Below, piece by piece: positions 60,721-64,000 of a stretch of DNA of 64,000 nt; within the stretch, counting starts at the first letter, position 1; every line of letters begins with the position of its first letter. The stretch is from assembly GCA_027036135.1 (NCBI GenBank), contig JALVSY010000030.1:160001-224000 (forward strand), given 5' to 3'. The notes below the pieces were generated by a model. It had not been told where the DNA came from and made no database searches. It saw only the letters and a list, made by a program, of their open reading frames with translations. The DNA is from Pyrodictiaceae archaeon (lineage in GTDB: Archaea; Thermoproteota; Thermoprotei_A; Sulfolobales; Pyrodictiaceae). The translations under genes were made by a program, and so were the position numbers.

Positions 60721-62673
60721 ATGGCTTTTAGGACTATGAAGGGAATAGTGGTTGATGCTACTTCTCGTAGTTATCGCGTCGAGGAGGTAGGCCTCGGGGA
60801 TGATGTGATAGGGGTAATTGACCTTGGTGTGAGGCTGCACTTGGAGAAGTATAGGAGCTTTGAGGCCGACACGTATTCTCCGAGGAACGTTGTGGTTATC
60901 GGCTGTGGGCCCTTCGCGGGGACACGCGTCTTCGGCGGGCATCGTATGGTGTTCGTGTTCCGCAGTCCCGAGACTGGGGGGCTGCACGTAAGCACGCTTG
61001 GCGGTGGTTGTTACCAGTTTATCCGTACCGGGTTACGCTTCCTCGTTGTTGAGGGCTGGAGCGAGGAGCCACTAGTCATCACTGTGCGAGGAGAACGTGA
61101 TGGATCGATTAGTGTAGGGTTCTATGAGATCGGGTGGGACAGGCTATGGAGGATATGGAGCGGGTACCGGGGGAGGCGGGGTACCGAGGGACTGGCCCAG
61201 TACCTCTACGACGAGGTGGCGAGGAACTGGGATAGTGATGTAAGGGTAGCTATTGTGGGCCCGGCCGCTGCCCGAACCATCTTTGGCGGAGTCTTCTCCT
61301 ACATGGCTGAGGAGGGTGGGCTCTCCCCGGTCGTTGACTCTGCTTCGCGTGGTGGCGGGGGCACGGTTCTCCTAAGAGCACATGGCGTCGCTGGGATAGT
61401 TTTCGGCGGAGCCTATAGCGCAGCTAGGGAGCTCTCTTGGTTCAATAAAGTAATTGATGAGGTTACGTTGGAGGTGTTTGGCAGGGACTATGGAAGCGTT
61501 GTGAGGAGTGCCACGACGAAGTACCGGTTCGACGAGAAGCTGGGGACTGGTGGCACTTTTGGTGTAAACTATGTGCATTATCGCGACATGCTCCCCTTCT
61601 TCGGCTACAATACTATATACTTGTCGAAGGCAGCTAGGCTGAGGATACTCGACCAGGTTCTCGAGAACCTGTGGAAACCAGTGCAGAGAGAAGTCTTCGA
61701 ATCCAAGGAGAAGCCTTGGAGGACTTGTGGCGAGCCATGCATAGCTGTCTGCAAGAAGATCTGGAGAGGGATAAAGATAGACTATGAGCCCTCTAACGCC
61801 CTCGGCCCCCTAATAGGGGTTGTCAGGGCAGAACAAGTAGCAAGGCTTATCAAGTTAGCCGACGAGCTCGGTATAGACGCTATTGAGGCCGGGCACATAG
61901 TGTCATGGTTATTTGATGCAGTACATCGCGGCATGCTGGGCCCCGAGGAGGTAGGGCTCGATAAGAGGCCGTTTTTTGACCCGCTGAGCTACAGCGCTGA
62001 GCAGAGCAATGTTAACGCTGAGCTAGCAGCAAGGATCCTCGAGGGCCTAGTCGAGCACAGCACGGAGGTGCTTAGACTCGTCGCAGAGAAGGGGCTTAGA
62101 GCAGCCGCGATGAAGCTCAACGAGCTAAACAAGTCGAGGACAAGGATGTACGGCCTCGGCTACCACGATTTACTCGTATGCGCTGCCTACGGTGATAAGT
62201 GGTACATGACTCCTAACCTGTACTGGGCTCCGGGACTCATAGCCCCATTACCGGTTCCCGGGAGGTATTGGACCTATTATAGCCCAGCAATACCTCGTGA
62301 CCCCGACGAGTTCGCTGAGATCATAATCACGAGGATGACCAACGAGTACCTAGTGGATAACGCGGGTACTTGCCGCTTCTACCGCAAGTGGACAGAGAAG
62401 GTTCTCGACAAGCTCTACGAGAAGCTCCTAGGAGAGAAAATAGACCTGCGAGAGCATGCGAGAAAAACACTGGGAGCAATAGCCAGGTACCGCGCCCTTA
62501 GCAATAGTCTCCCAGGGCCATGGGAGTCGAAGAAGAGCATCGACCTACTAGTGTCTCTCGCAGCCGAGCTCGGCGACCATGAGCTAGCTGAGAAGCTTCA
62601 CAGAGAGCACCGAAGCTACTGGGAGAAACTATACAAGCACATATGGAGCTGGCTCGGCGTTGAGAAGAACTAA
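60721..62673 (+). CDS. gor: Tungsten aldehyde:ferredoxin oxidoreductase family protein, GAPOR-like
   Basis: SRGGGG, TTKYRF...TGGTFGVNY, CGEPCIAVCKK, DYEP, DELGIDAI, DNAGTCRF. Confidence 0.8.
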   Translation: MAFRTMKGIVVDATSRSYRVEEVGLGDDVIGVIDLGVRLHLEKYRSFEADTYSPRNVVVIGCGPFAGTRVFGGHRMVFVFRSPETGGLHVSTLGGGCYQFIRTGLRFLVVEGWSEEPLVITVRGERDGSISVGFYEIGWDRLWRIWSGYRGRRGTEGLAQYLYDEVARNWDSDVRVAIVGPAAARTIFGGVFSYMAEEGGLSPVVDSASRGGGGTVLLRAHGVAGIVFGGAYSAARELSWFNKVIDEVTLEVFGRDYGSVVRSATTKYRFDEKLGTGGTFGVNYVHYRDMLPFFGYNTIYLSKAARLRILDQVLENLWKPVQREVFESKEKPWRTCGEPCIAVCKKIWRGIKIDYEPSNALGPLIGVVRAEQVARLIKLADELGIDAIEAGHIVSWLFDAVHRGMLGPEEVGLDKRPFFDPLSYSAEQSNVNAELAARILEGLVEHSTEVLRLVAEKGLRAAAMKLNELNKSRTRMYGLGYHDLLVCAAYGDKWYMTPNLYWAPGLIAPLPVPGRYWTYYSPAIPRDPDEFAEIIITRMTNEYLVDNAGTCRFYRKWTEKVLDKLYEKLLGEKIDLREHARKTLGAIARYRALSNSLPGPWESKKSIDLLVSLAAELGDHELAEKLHREHRSYWEKLYKHIWSWLGVEKN

Positions 62674-62688
62674 CCAAGCATTGCCTCC

Positions 62689-63534
62689 GTGGTGCGTGGT
62701 AGGGTTTTTTGCCTAGAGTATCCGGGGAACATCTTTCCTTGGTGCTATGGCCTAGTGCAGGAGCTTCTATGGGCACCCATTATAGGGTTCATCGCTGGAT
62801 TCGTCGGCACGATGCTCGGCATAGGCGGCGGCGCCATAATGGTTCCAGGGTTAACGCTGCTAGGCTTTGACATAAAGAAGGTTGTACCAGCAAGCCTCTT
62901 CGCGATCCTCGGGACAAGTGCAGGCGGTCTACGCTATCTCCTTCGGAGAGGCCTCGTTGATTACCGCTTAGCGATAATATTGGAGCTTGCATCAACCAGT
63001 GGCGCGTTTACGGGCGTCGCGGTGTTTGGCAGGATTCAGAGCCGAGAACTAGTAGCGGTGCTTGGCGCAGTACTAGTTCTCTCGGGTCTACTCTTCCTAA
63101 TAAGGCAGAGAGTGGTTGAGAAAAGAAAGGGTGTTGAAGAGTACACGCCGATACGGATAAGGGAGAGACTGGGCGGGTTCACTGCAGCCCTTGTAACTAG
63201 CTATATCGCCGGCCTATTCTCAGCCATGCTCGGCATAGGTGGTGGCGTTATCAAGGTACCCATACTCGTGATTATACTCGGGCTGCCGATACACGTCGCA
63301 GTCTCCACGAGTAAGCTCATGGTGGGGATAACCGCCCTTGCTGGTGTAACGGGCCACATAATAGCTGGTAGCATGGACTGGGTACTAGCACTACTACTCC
63401 TAGTAGGCACCTATACGGGCGCCACGGCGTCCTCGAGGCTCCTTGTAAGGACGAGGCCGCGCTCATTATACATAATAGCTGCCTCGTATTACTTCATAAT
63501 GGGTGCCTACTTGTTGATAAAGTCCCTCCACTAG
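62689..63534 (+). CDS. TauE/SafE (TSUP) family transporter
   Basis: Duplicated MLGIGGG..VP motif and multiple TM helices; start probably downstream. Confidence 0.9.
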   Translation: MVRGRVFCLEYPGNIFPWCYGLVQELLWAPIIGFIAGFVGTMLGIGGGAIMVPGLTLLGFDIKKVVPASLFAILGTSAGGLRYLLRRGLVDYRLAIILELASTSGAFTGVAVFGRIQSRELVAVLGAVLVLSGLLFLIRQRVVEKRKGVEEYTPIRIRERLGGFTAALVTSYIAGLFSAMLGIGGGVIKVPILVIILGLPIHVAVSTSKLMVGITALAGVTGHIIAGSMDWVLALLLLVGTYTGATASSRLLVRTRPRSLYIIAASYYFIMGAYLLIKSLH

Positions 63535-63558
63535 ACAAGAATAATCGGTGCCTCCGTG

Positions 63559-64000
63559 TTGACTCATAGTCTCCGTGTAGCGCTACTACAGCTCAGGGCG
63601 ACTGGGTCGAAGGAGGAGTCGCTTAAACGGATAAAGCAGCTACTAAGCCGAGTAGCCAAGGAGGAACCCGACCTGGTTGCGCTCCCGGAGTACTCCATGA
63701 TGGACCCCGCTGGGCTAGGCCCCGATGATGTACTACGCGTAGCCGAGCCACTTGACGGGCCCTGGGCCAGGTTCTTCGAAAACACTGCTAATGAGCATGG
63801 TTTCCACATAGTCTTCACCATGTTCGAGAAGAGAGAGGGATTCAGCAAGGCCTTCAACACAGCCGTGCTCGTAGGCCCCAGGGGCCCCAGGATCGTTTAT
63901 AGGAAGACGCACTTGTTTGACGCAATGGGTTATCGCGAGAGTGACCTATTCGAGAAAGGGGATGAACTAAGCAGCGTAGCCGAGGTAAATGGGTTCCGCG
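63559..64000 (+). CDS. Carbon-nitrogen hydrolase (nitrilase family), truncated by the window end
   Basis: Hand translation RVALLQL...DLVALPEYS...FNTAV...YRKTHLFDAMGYRES; absent from the ORF track. Confidence 0.88.
   Translation, partial: MTHSLRVALLQLRATGSKEESLKRIKQLLSRVAKEEPDLVALPEYSMMDPAGLGPDDVLRVAEPLDGPWARFFENTANEHGFHIVFTMFEKREGFSKAFNTAVLVGPRGPRIVYRKTHLFDAMGYRESDLFEKGDELSSVAEVNGFR

Overview
Core-genome segment of a hyperthermophilic crenarchaeon, most consistent with Desulfurococcales/Pyrodictiaceae (inferred from the very GC-rich 16S-23S operon with no spacer tRNA or linked 5S, elf1, class I LysRS and TFB type). It is dense in information-processing genes: lysS, glyS, aspS, tfb, sui1, rpoP, endA, dys, flpA/nop5, taw3, pcn, cca, tsr3, tiaS and elf1. 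It also carries archaeal lipid/isoprenoid genes, an ahbABCD heme cluster, a MoxR/DUF58 operon, GAPOR, three tRNAs (Leu, Ala, His), RNase P RNA and an intron-free 16S-23S operon. The main signal missing from the ORF track is a layer of guide RNAs: about a dozen C/D-box sRNA candidates read by eye. Many have guides complementary to the rRNA in this same window, including a four-unit cluster at 35.4-35.7 kb, sRNAs built on stop codons, and one extended C/D RNA with its own promoter. There is also an H/ACA-like RNA aimed at the 16S helix-31 uridine. Other oddities are an orphan, degenerate Csx1-like CARF protein next to a KaiC-like ATPase, a ~12% GC patch inside an intact gene, and an AT-rich ABC exporter behind tRNA-His. 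No CRISPR array or IS element was seen. All calls are by motif recognition without database searches.
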